From: Candidatus Bipolaricaulia bacterium
GTDB taxonomy: Bacteria > Bipolaricaulota > Bipolaricaulia > RBG-16-55-9
NCBI GenBank assembly: GCA_042219045.1
Contig: JBDGQO010000003.1
Coordinates: 86,095 to 150,094, forward strand
DNA: 64,000 nucleotides
Direction: 5' to 3'
Part shown: piece after piece, positions 41,822-50,148 of the stretch
Numbering within the stretch: position 1 is the stretch's first letter
Layout of the letters: the number at the start of each line of letters is the position of its first letter
Translations under genes and position numbers: made by a program
Notes under the pieces: model-generated
Database searches by the model: none
What the model was told of the DNA's origin: nothing
What the model saw: only the letters and a program-made list of their open reading frames with translations

Positions 41822-42046
41822 TTACGGGAGGAGCGACAGGGAGAGCGCGAGAATGAAAAAGAGCGCCCCGAGCCACCCAGTGGCCGTGCGCTTCGGATCG
41901 CTCGTCTCCTCACGGCCGAAGACGGTATGGCTTCCGCCACCCCCGAAGGCGCCTCCGAGCTCAGAGTGCTTGCTCATCTGGATCAAGACGAGCCCAATCA
42001 GTGCTAGGCAATCCAGAATTAGCAGGATGCTGATAAACGTTCGCAT
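41822..42046 (-). CDS. secG: Preprotein translocase subunit SecG
   Basis: 74 aa with two TM helices and a central glycine-rich loop (GGAFGGGGS) matching the SecG pattern. Confidence 0.7.
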   Translation of the reverse strand: MRTFISILLILDCLALIGLVLIQMSKHSELGGAFGGGGSHTVFGREETSDPKRTATGWLGALFFILALSLSLLP

Positions 42047-42109
42047 TCGGCTCGACCTCGCTTTCGCGCTATTGTAGCAGACCCTCCATGATGACTCAAA
42101 TCACGGCAA

Positions 42110-42775
42110 TCATGACAAGAGGCGACGGATTTGAACGGGCCCTTTGAAATAGAGCAGTCCCAAGGCCAGCCCGCCCAAGTGGGTAACGTGGCCAATGCTT
42201 GGGAATGCTCCGGAAAACTGGGCCAAAATGGATATGCCCGCGATGACAATGACCATGTACTTGGCCCGGATCGGGATCGGCGGAAAGAGGAGCATCAACT
42301 GTTGGTTGGGAAAGAGCATGGCGAACGCGAACAAGACGCCCATGATCGCGCCGGATGCGCCGAGGTTGATCGCGACGCCACCGCCCATGATAAACGGCCA
42401 CAAGACCGTCACGAGCCCGGCTCCGGTGCCCGTAAAAAAGTAGTATTTCAAAAAGCGCTGACTGCCCCAGACGCGCTCCAGGATGTTGCCGAACTGCCAG
42501 AGAACAAACATGTTGATCAGAATGTGGAATAGCGAGCCATGCAGGAACATGTATGTCAGGAGTTGCCAGACTTGGAACTCCGGCAGCCACGGTGGTGTGA
42601 TCAGCGCAAACGTCTCTTCCACCCAACTGGTGGCTCTCAGGCTGAGCGCCGAGAACAATCCGCCGCCCGAGACGGGCGGTTGGTTGAGCAACTGGAGGGC
42701 GTAGACGAGCACGTTGGCTACGATGAGGTATTGGGTGACGCTGGCAAGGCCGAGTGAGGCACTGAACCGTCTCAT
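42110..42775 (-). CDS. Rhomboid family intramembrane serine protease
   Basis: Six TM helices with the catalytic GxSG (GASGAIMG) and the downstream His (AHLGG). Start trimmed to the Met whose ATG overlaps the rqcH stop (ATGA). Confidence 0.8.
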   Translation of the reverse strand: MRRFSASLGLASVTQYLIVANVLVYALQLLNQPPVSGGGLFSALSLRATSWVEETFALITPPWLPEFQVWQLLTYMFLHGSLFHILINMFVLWQFGNILERVWGSQRFLKYYFFTGTGAGLVTVLWPFIMGGGVAINLGASGAIMGVLFAFAMLFPNQQLMLLFPPIPIRAKYMVIVIAGISILAQFSGAFPSIGHVTHLGGLALGLLYFKGPVQIRRLLS

Positions 42776-44472
42776 GACGCGCCATCCGCCTCGCCGCGCG
42801 GTTCCACCGTCAGCGTGCCCCGCTCCTCGTTGACGACGACGAGACCGGGCCGGGCTCCCTTCGGCTTCTTCAGATGTTTGATCAACGTGTAGGTGACCTC
42901 CACTTTGCCTGCGTCCCGTCCTTTTGAGTGATAAGCAGCTAGCTCCGCAGCCCGTTGCAAGACCTCGTCGGGCACGTCGCCCTTGCTGTCGCTTTTGATC
43001 ACGACGTGCGATCCGGGCCGATCTTTCGCGTGGAGCCAAAGATCGTCCGGATGGGCATCGCGGATCAGTTGGTCGTTCTGCCGCCCGTTCCGTCCAACAT
43101 AGATCTGATGGCCCTCCATGGCAACCCGGCGCGGGCCCGACGGCGCCGACTGGCGCTTGGGCGAACGCGTGGGCTGCTGGATGGCGCCTGCCTCAACCAG
43201 TTCCGCTTCCAGCGCATCCAGATCGGCCAAGGTCTCGGCTTCGTCGAGATGAACTTGGAGCCCGCGCAGATACGATCGCTCCCATCGGAGCTGGCGCTGG
43301 CGCGCCTGGAGCTTCTCCACGCCGCGCTTGCGCTTCTTGTAGCGCTGGTAATACGACTGGGCGTTCTCCACGGGCTCCAACGTCGGATCAAGGGAAACCT
43401 CGCGAACTTGCCCCTCAAAGTCCGTGAGCTCCACGCTCGATTCGCCACGGGGGACCGACGCCAAGTAGGCCATCAACAGATCGCCGATCGTCTTGTCGGC
43501 CTCGTAGCGCTCGGCCTTCTGCAGATCCTCGGTTACGTTCGCCAACGATTTTTCAACATGATTGATTTCATCGGTCAACGCCCGTTGGAGCTCACGCCAG
43601 CGGCGCTCGACGGGCGTCTCGCGTCGGGTCCGATAACAGGCGTCAATGGCTTCGGACATCGTCGCCACGGGGTTCGCCTCGTGGTCGGACAGGCTGGCGT
43701 AGGGCCATGGCGTGGCCTCCTGGGCCGTCCCGTCCGCGTCGACGTAGACATGCGGCGCCAGGTCCCCTTGTTCCAGTCGCCCGAAGCGATCGCGCGTTAC
43801 GCCCCAGAGCCGCTCGATCTCCTCGTCGGACAACGAGCCCAGCTCCGCGCTAGGATCCACGTCGGCCGAGACGGCCAACTCGCCCGCCGTGAGCGGGCCA
43901 ATGCCATCAAGCGCCTTGAATAACGCCCGCTTCGTCGGCTCTCCGCTGTTGGCGGAAAGGGCCTCGCCAAACGCCGTCTGAGAGATGCCACGTGGATCGA
44001 GCTTGCCTTGACCCTCAGGGGGCACGTAGGCGCTGTGGGGCTCAAACGAGCGATGGCCGGACGAGGCGTTCTGGGCGCCGAGCACCTCGTCGCCGTCCAA
44101 TAGCAGGACGTTGCCGTTCGGGCGCATCAGTTCCGCGCGCAGCGTTGTCCGTTCCTCTCCCCGAGCGACGACGATGTCGACGATCCGTTCCAAGCCTGGC
44201 TGTTGGATCTCGTGGACGAAGCCGTTGCGCAGATGTTTGCGCAGCAGCATGCAAAACGCAGGTGGCTCGGGCGGATTGGGGAAGGATTGCTCGGTGAAGT
44301 GGATCCGCGCTTCGGGACCGGCCGCAATCAGCAGTTGGCGTTTCTGGCCCGTGTAGAGCTCGAGCAGCACCGCCTCGTCCAGCGGCTGATAGACGTTCTG
44401 GACGCGGCCACCACGGGCCTCTTCGGCGATCTCGGCAACGATGGCAGCCAACGTGATTCCCTCGAAGCGCAT
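42772..44472 (-). CDS. rqcH: Ribosome quality control factor RqcH (NFACT family, FbpA/Tae2-like)
   Basis: NFACT-N N-terminus (MRFEGITLAAIVAEI), a long coiled coil, and NFACT-R/C-terminal domains. The upstream 72 codons of the ORF were judged an extension. Confidence 0.8.
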   Translation of the reverse strand: MRFEGITLAAIVAEIAEEARGGRVQNVYQPLDEAVLLELYTGQKRQLLIAAGPEARIHFTEQSFPNPPEPPAFCMLLRKHLRNGFVHEIQQPGLERIVDIVVARGEERTTLRAELMRPNGNVLLLDGDEVLGAQNASSGHRSFEPHSAYVPPEGQGKLDPRGISQTAFGEALSANSGEPTKRALFKALDGIGPLTAGELAVSADVDPSAELGSLSDEEIERLWGVTRDRFGRLEQGDLAPHVYVDADGTAQEATPWPYASLSDHEANPVATMSEAIDACYRTRRETPVERRWRELQRALTDEINHVEKSLANVTEDLQKAERYEADKTIGDLLMAYLASVPRGESSVELTDFEGQVREVSLDPTLEPVENAQSYYQRYKKRKRGVEKLQARQRQLRWERSYLRGLQVHLDEAETLADLDALEAELVEAGAIQQPTRSPKRQSAPSGPRRVAMEGHQIYVGRNGRQNDQLIRDAHPDDLWLHAKDRPGSHVVIKSDSKGDVPDEVLQRAAELAAYHSKGRDAGKVEVTYTLIKHLKKPKGARPGLVVVNEERGTLTVEPRGEADGAS

Positions 44473-44578
44473 GGTCGATTGTACCAGCCGAATCTTGGGC
44501 CTCGCATCCGGATCCGTGAAACGCATTGCGGCCCCGTGGGTAGATGGGCCAGCGGATGACCAAGGAGGCTTGATTCCC

Positions 44579-45421
44579 ATGAGGCGAACGGGACGATGGA
44601 AGCTGATGGCGGCGGTGGCCGTCTTGATCGGCGGACTGACAATTGGTGCGGTGCAGTCGCCCTTTTCCTCGGAGTCGGCAAACGCCAACGCCGAGGATCA
44701 GGCCTGCCTCGACCCCGTCAAGATCTTCAAGTTCGTGCCGACTAAGGCGGAGCGCGCGAACGTGAGCGCGCTCATGACTCGCCTCTCTGCGGATATCCCG
44801 CCCGAGCGCATGCGGTACGCGCCGGAGCCGACCGAGATCCTGCGGCACTCGGACGGCCGCCTTGAGCTGCGCTACGAGGAGATGACGATGCGGCACGCGG
44901 ACGCGCTGGAGATTTCCATCTGTGGCGCCAGTCCTTCGCACGAGATCAAGGAAGCGACATGGATCGTGCGCGAGCGAGGCAAGCGGAGGGCACAGATGGT
45001 CGACGAGGAACGGATCTCGTGGAGCTGGCGTGAGAACGGCGAGCAGACCGTGCCCGACACGGAACGAGAGAGCAAGGCGCTGTCCTGCCCAGGCGAGCCA
45101 CTCGTGCATCGGAACCAGGAAGTGGCCCGGAACGAGCCGCTGTGCGTCAAGGACCCCGACAAGCTATCGACCATCCAGGCCAAAATCGACCAGATCCAAG
45201 CGGAATCGACGTCTTGGAAGGGAGCGGCCAAGAAGCTGATCATGGGCGAGGACGTCTACCGAAAGCGTCTGGAAACACTGAACAAGCGGATGGATAAGCT
45301 CTATGTGTACTCGCCCTACGACGGCACCGTAACGAACATCCGCCGCGACGACATGAACGACCTCGTCTGGATCGAAATGGCCGTGGAATCCCGCAGCGGG
45401 GAGGCACTCGCCGAGTCGTAA
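44579..45421 (+). CDS. Secreted hypothetical protein
   Basis: Signal peptide MRRTGRWKLMAAVAVLIGGLTIGAV, a charged central region, and a C-terminal hairpin-like LYVYSPYDGTVTNI segment. No family recognised. Confidence 0.5.
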   Translation: MRRTGRWKLMAAVAVLIGGLTIGAVQSPFSSESANANAEDQACLDPVKIFKFVPTKAERANVSALMTRLSADIPPERMRYAPEPTEILRHSDGRLELRYEEMTMRHADALEISICGASPSHEIKEATWIVRERGKRRAQMVDEERISWSWRENGEQTVPDTERESKALSCPGEPLVHRNQEVARNEPLCVKDPDKLSTIQAKIDQIQAESTSWKGAAKKLIMGEDVYRKRLETLNKRMDKLYVYSPYDGTVTNIRRDDMNDLVWIEMAVESRSGEALAES

Positions 45422-45461
45422 GCGGATTGACCCGATCCCCCGTTCGGCTTCCTTCTTGGAG

Positions 45462-45503
45462 GGACAGGTGGCCCGGCTGTCGGGCTGCCTGTCCTTTCGT
45501 ATT
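45462..45503 (+). terminator. Putative intrinsic terminator (GGACAGG...GCCCG-loop-CGGGC...CCTGTCC followed by TTTCGTATT)
   Basis: A compound GC-rich hairpin read from the sequence with a T-rich run downstream. It sits 40 nt after the stop of the 44579-45421 gene. Confidence 0.45.
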
Positions 45504-45573
45504 CGGGGGCTGCTGAGGGACGGCACGACGTGGAGCGGGCGTCACTCGGAGGCTCACGGATCGGACGCTCGGG

Positions 45574-45604
45574 TTGACCCCCGACGGTCGGCACAAGCTA
45601 TAAT
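45574..45604 (+). promoter_or_regulatory. Putative deoC-upp promoter TTGACC-19nt-TATAAT
   Basis: A consensus -10 TATAAT at 45599-45604 lies 22 nt upstream of the deoC ATG. The -35-like TTGACC has a long 19-nt spacer. Confidence 0.35.
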
Positions 45605-45626
45605 GCGGCGTGTTGAGGAGGGTCGC

Positions 45627-46304
45627 ATGGAACTGTATCGCGCCGATCTCGCCGCCATGATCGACCATACCGCCCTGGGACCGGAGGTGAGTCGCGATCG
45701 GGTGGTGGCGCTTTGCGACGAGGCCAAGATTCACAGCTTCGGCGCCGTCTGTATCAACCCGTGGCTCGTCCCCCTTGCGAATCGATGCCTGAAGGATTCC
45801 GGCATCGCCATCGCAACGGTCATCGGGTTTCCCCATGGCGCCAACGCCACCGAGATCAAAGCCGAGGAAGCGGAGCGGGCGCTGTCCGATGGCGCCACGG
45901 AGCTGGACATGGTGCTCAACGTCGCGGCACTTCAGGCGGGCGACTACCGCTACGTCGCCGATGAGATCCGTGCCGTCCACGAGGTGCGCAGCAAGAGCCC
46001 GAAGGATACGCGGATCAAGGTTATTCTGGAGACCGCGCTGTTGGGCGACGCGGACAAACGCGCCGCCTGCATCGTCGCCAAGTCGGCTGGCGCCGACTTC
46101 GTCAAGACCTCCACGGGGTTCGGGCCCGGCGGTGCCACATCGGAGGACGTGGCCCTGATGCGCGAGGCGATCGGCGAGGAAATGGGCATCAAAGCCGCCG
46201 GCGGCATCAAGACGTTCGACGATGCCCGCGCGATGGTCGAGGCCGGCGCGACCCGGCTCGGGGCCAGCGCGGGTGCGGATATTCTAGAAGGAGCGCCGAC
46301 TTGA
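45627..46304 (+). CDS. deoC: Deoxyribose-phosphate aldolase DeoC
   Basis: DeoC class I aldolase motifs (IDHTAL, GAVCINP, FVKTSTGF with the Schiff-base lysine). Start trimmed to MELYRADL. Confidence 0.85.
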   Translation: MELYRADLAAMIDHTALGPEVSRDRVVALCDEAKIHSFGAVCINPWLVPLANRCLKDSGIAIATVIGFPHGANATEIKAEEAERALSDGATELDMVLNVAALQAGDYRYVADEIRAVHEVRSKSPKDTRIKVILETALLGDADKRAACIVAKSAGADFVKTSTGFGPGGATSEDVALMREAIGEEMGIKAAGGIKTFDDARAMVEAGATRLGASAGADILEGAPT

Positions 46305-46957
46305 CCGAACTGTCGTCAAGCGCGATCGAGCAACTGACCATCGTGGATCACCCGATCCTCAAGCGGGACCTGACGACGCTGCGCCGCAAGGAGACGCCCT
46401 ATTACACCTTCCGCCGGGTCCTCAAGGACACGACCGCCATCCTGGCCTATGAGGCCATGCGCGACCTGCCCGTCCAGGAGGTCCCCATCGAGACCCCCCT
46501 GGAGCCGACGACGGGATACCGGCTCGTCGACGAGATCGTCGTCGTCCCCATCCTGCGGGCGGGGCTCGGGATGGTCGACGGCTTCACGCGCTACGTGCCG
46601 GAGGCCCGCGTCGGCCACGTCGGGCTCTATCGCGACGAGATGTCGTTCTCACCCGTCGACTATTACTCCAACCTTCCGCAGGAGCTGAAGGATGCGCGCG
46701 TCTTCGTCGTCGACCCGATGCTGGCGACGGGCCACAGCGCCGCCCACGCGATCGACCACCTCAAGGAGATCGGCGCGCAACGCATCCGCTTCGTCTGCTT
46801 CATCGCCACGCCCGAAGGGGTCCAGGTTCTGACCGAGCACCACCCGGAGACGTCGATCGTCACCGCCGCGTTGGACAACGAGCTCGACGAGAACGCCTTC
46901 ATCCGGCCCGGCCTCGGCGACGCCGGGGATCGCATCTTCGGCACCGATCCGATGTAG
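46301..46957 (+). CDS. upp: Uracil phosphoribosyltransferase Upp
   Basis: PRTase motif VVDPMLATGHSA, UPRTase conservation throughout, and a terminal GLGDAGDRIFGT. Overlaps the deoC stop. Confidence 0.9.
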   Translation: MTELSSSAIEQLTIVDHPILKRDLTTLRRKETPYYTFRRVLKDTTAILAYEAMRDLPVQEVPIETPLEPTTGYRLVDEIVVVPILRAGLGMVDGFTRYVPEARVGHVGLYRDEMSFSPVDYYSNLPQELKDARVFVVDPMLATGHSAAHAIDHLKEIGAQRIRFVCFIATPEGVQVLTEHHPETSIVTAALDNELDENAFIRPGLGDAGDRIFGTDPM

Positions 46958-47165
46958 AGCCCGTCCACAGCGAGTGACCAGCTTCCATGCCCAACAACTT
47001 TGATCATTTACAGTTGATCTCGGTTGACGTCCCGTGATGACAGCCTGCCACATCGGGGTCGCACGCAAGCCGCCCCACGCTCGCCGCATTGCCTCGTCTG
47101 CGCTGTCTGTTTCGCGCGAGGGGACCATCCAATCGGATGTGCCCGGACTGTTTCGATTGATGTCG

Positions 47166-47636
47166 CTAGGCTCGATGCCGGTTGAGCTCGTAGACGGCGA
47201 TGCCGTACGCGACGGCCACGTTGAGGGATTCTTTTCGCCCATACATGGGCAAATGGACAGTCTGGTCGGCGCGCTTGAGCATCCGCCGCGAGAGCCCGCG
47301 CACCTCGTTGCCCAACATTAGCGCCATGGGGAACGTCGGGCGGAACGCCTCGATGGGCTCGCTCGGGCGAGCGACGTTGTTCTCCAACGCGACGATGGTT
47401 ACCCCTTCGGCCTGCAGGCGTTCGATAAAGCGCCACGTGTGACGGTGCCCTTCCCAGGGGATCCACTCATCAGCCCCGAGGGCGGTTTTGGTGATGCGAT
47501 CCCGCGGCGGATGGCCCGTGTAGCCCCCGAGGAACACTTTCCGAACCTCGGCCGCATCGGACGTCCGGAAGATGGAACCGACATTCCAGAGGCTGCGGAT
47601 GTTGTGACAGATGACGTACAAGGGCTCGTCGAACAT
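47166..47636 (-). CDS. SPOUT-class RNA 2'-O-methyltransferase (TrmH/TrmL family)
   Basis: 156 aa with SpoU motifs (NIRSLWNVGSIFRT, LMLGNEVRG, ESLNVAVA). Confidence 0.75.
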   Translation of the reverse strand: MFDEPLYVICHNIRSLWNVGSIFRTSDAAEVRKVFLGGYTGHPPRDRITKTALGADEWIPWEGHRHTWRFIERLQAEGVTIVALENNVARPSEPIEAFRPTFPMALMLGNEVRGLSRRMLKRADQTVHLPMYGRKESLNVAVAYGIAVYELNRHRA

Positions 47637-47720
47637 GGCTCTCCATCGTAGCGCATGACGCGCGAGGTCCGCAGTTTTGCAGTCGGCAACGCCCGGCTCC
47701 TATACTGAGCCGCACAAATC

Positions 47721-49202
47721 ATGATCCACCTCGACGGCACGTCCCTCACGATCGAGCAGGCCGTCCGTGTGACCGGCCAAGCCGAACCGACCGCTCCCAC
47801 CGAGGACGCACGCGAGCGGGTCGAGCGCTGCGCGGCGTTTGTGGAGCGGATCGTCCGTGAGGGGCGCCGCGTCTATGGGATCAACACGGGGCTCGGCCGG
47901 CTGAGCACCGAGGCCATCCCCCGCGATCAACTCCCCCAGCTCCAACACAACCTGCTGCACAGCCATGCCTGCGGCGTCGGAGAGGAGCTGTCTGCGGACG
48001 TCGCCCGCGCCGCGTTGCTGTTCCGGCTCAATACTCTGCTGAAGGGACATTCCGGCGTTCGCCCAATTGTCGTGGATCGGTTGACGACGCTGTTGAACGA
48101 GGGCGTCGCGCCCGTCATTCCGCGCCAGGGATCGCTGGGCTCCAGCGGCGACCTCGCGCCCTTGGCGCATGTGGCGCTTCTGCTGATCGGCGAAGGCGAG
48201 GCCGTTGTCCGTGATCGACGCCATCATGGCGCCGAGCTGCTCCATGAGTTGAACCTTGAGCCGTTGTCACTGGCGCCGAAGGAGGGGCTCGCGCTCATCA
48301 ACGGCACGCAAGTCTCGCTGGCCATGGCGTTCACCGCCTACCGGATCGGCCAGCGGCTGTGGGACCACGCGCTCTTGATCGCCGGGATGGCGCTGGAAGC
48401 GGCCGGGGCCCGTTCCGATCCCTTGGATCCACGGCTCCACGCGCACCACGAGGGCCAGCGCCTCGTCGCCGAGCGCCTCCGCGAGATCACCTCGGGCAGT
48501 CGGCTGCTCGACGCCTCGGCGGACGTGCAGGATCCCTATTCGCTGCGCTGTCTGCCGCAAATCCTGGGAGCGTGCGGGGAGTCGCTCCGCCACGTCAAGG
48601 CCGCCCTGGAGCGCGAGATGAACGCCGTCACCGACAACCCGCTGCTCTTTCCCGAAACCGACGAGATTTGCTCGGGCGGGAATTTTCACGGGGCATCGCT
48701 GGCGCTGGCGTCGGAGTCGCTCGGGGTGGCGCTCGCCGAGCTGGGCAACGCCGCGGAGCGTCGCACGAACCTCGTGCTCAACCACGCGGATTTTCCGCCG
48801 TTCTTGGCGCAACAGCCGGGGCTGGAGTCGGGGCTGATGATCGCCCAATACACGTCCGCATCCCTGGTGGCGGAAAACAAGGTGCTGGTGCACCCGGCGG
48901 CCGTCGACTCGATCCCGACCTCGGGCGGCAAGGAGGACCACAACAGCCTCGCCAGCGTCGCCGCCTGGAAAGCCCACCAAATGGCCCAGAACGCGGAATG
49001 GATGGCCGCGATCGAGCTGTTGACCGTCGTGGGGGCCCTCGACAACCGCGATCGGGGGGCCATGTCCCGTCACGTCGGCCGCCTGTACGATCGCGTCCGC
49101 GAGCGGATCGCGCCGTCCGCGGACGATCGGCCCCTCCACGAGGCCATTCGGACGGGCCGAGCCATGATTCGCGAGGGAGCGCTCCTGCATGGACACGCTT
49201 AA
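47721..49202 (+). CDS. hutH: Histidine ammonia-lyase family (aromatic amino acid ammonia-lyase, MIO-dependent)
   Basis: Full-length HAL/PAL fold with the MIO region GSLGSSGDLAPLAH (SSG rather than ASG) and an LHSHACGVG selectivity region that looks HAL-like. No hutU or hutI nearby. Confidence 0.85.
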   Translation: MIHLDGTSLTIEQAVRVTGQAEPTAPTEDARERVERCAAFVERIVREGRRVYGINTGLGRLSTEAIPRDQLPQLQHNLLHSHACGVGEELSADVARAALLFRLNTLLKGHSGVRPIVVDRLTTLLNEGVAPVIPRQGSLGSSGDLAPLAHVALLLIGEGEAVVRDRRHHGAELLHELNLEPLSLAPKEGLALINGTQVSLAMAFTAYRIGQRLWDHALLIAGMALEAAGARSDPLDPRLHAHHEGQRLVAERLREITSGSRLLDASADVQDPYSLRCLPQILGACGESLRHVKAALEREMNAVTDNPLLFPETDEICSGGNFHGASLALASESLGVALAELGNAAERRTNLVLNHADFPPFLAQQPGLESGLMIAQYTSASLVAENKVLVHPAAVDSIPTSGGKEDHNSLASVAAWKAHQMAQNAEWMAAIELLTVVGALDNRDRGAMSRHVGRLYDRVRERIAPSADDRPLHEAIRTGRAMIREGALLHGHA

Positions 49203-50088
49203 GTCCGGATTCGTCGGCGTCCTTGGGCGCACCAACGTGGGCAAGTCGAGCTTCATCAACGCGATGTTGGGCAAGAAACGCCTCATCGTCTCGGACAAGC
49301 ATCAGTCGACGCGCAATCGCATCCGCTGCATCTACGACGAAGCCGACGCCCAGGTCGTCTTCATCGACACCCCGGGACTGCACAAGCCCGTGGACAAGCT
49401 GAGCAACTACCTCCTCAAGCAGGCGTTCGGCGCCATGGCCGATCTCGACCTGGTGCTCTACGTGGTCGAGCCCTGGGTCGAGATCCCCGACTACGACCGC
49501 GAGATGATCCAGCGGATGCGCAAGCTCGACGCCCCGGAGTTTTTGCTGATCAACAAGAGCGACACGGCCAAGGGCAACGCCGTGGCGCAGACCATTGAAC
49601 AATACGGCGACTTGGATCTGTTCAGCGAGATCGTGCCCATCTCATGCGCCGACGGCACCAACCTGACCCGCACCGTCGAACTGACCAAGGCCTACTTGCC
49701 CGAAGGCCCCCGCTATTTCCCCGAAGGGACCGACACGGACCGAGACGAATCCTTCGTGATCGCCGAGTTCGTCCGCGAGGCGATCTATCGCCACACGCGT
49801 CAGGAAGTGCCCTATTCCACGTACGTCGATATCGTCGCGATGAGCGAGCGCGAGGACGAGTCGATGCTGGAGATCTACGCCACGATCTTCGTGGCCCGGC
49901 GCTCGCAGAAGGGCATCCTGATCGGCGATCGCGGCGCCATGATCAAGCGGATCGGACAAGAGGCCCGCCAATTGATCGAAACGCTGATCGGCACGCACGT
50001 GTATCTGGACCTGCGCGTCAAGGTTGCGGACAAGTGGAACAAGGACGAAGCCCACATTGCTCGGTCGCTCGACGCGTCCCCATCTTGA
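49189..50088 (+). CDS. era: GTPase Era
   Basis: G1 GRTNVGKSS, G3 DTPG, G4 NKSD, and a C-terminal KH domain. Overlaps the hutH stop by 14 nt. Confidence 0.9.
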   Translation: MDTLKSGFVGVLGRTNVGKSSFINAMLGKKRLIVSDKHQSTRNRIRCIYDEADAQVVFIDTPGLHKPVDKLSNYLLKQAFGAMADLDLVLYVVEPWVEIPDYDREMIQRMRKLDAPEFLLINKSDTAKGNAVAQTIEQYGDLDLFSEIVPISCADGTNLTRTVELTKAYLPEGPRYFPEGTDTDRDESFVIAEFVREAIYRHTRQEVPYSTYVDIVAMSEREDESMLEIYATIFVARRSQKGILIGDRGAMIKRIGQEARQLIETLIGTHVYLDLRVKVADKWNKDEAHIARSLDASPS

Positions 50089-50148
50089 CATGACAAGGCA
50101 ATTGCGTTCATGGTAAGCAGGCCAAGCCGAAGGCAGGGTGGCGGGCGA

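Noticed and set aside
42096-42785. 229-aa ORF in an alternative frame across the rhomboid gene, and the 88-codon N-terminal extension of the rhomboid ORF
   Set aside because: The rhomboid frame carries the catalytic GxSG/His and six TM helices. The extension is Arg-rich and would overlap rqcH by 260 nt, whereas the internal Met gives a clean ATGA junction.
46958-47165. Possible small RNA or terminators in the 208-nt convergent gap between upp and the SPOUT methyltransferase
   Set aside because: No stable hairpin, U-tract or conserved-looking structure was found by eye.
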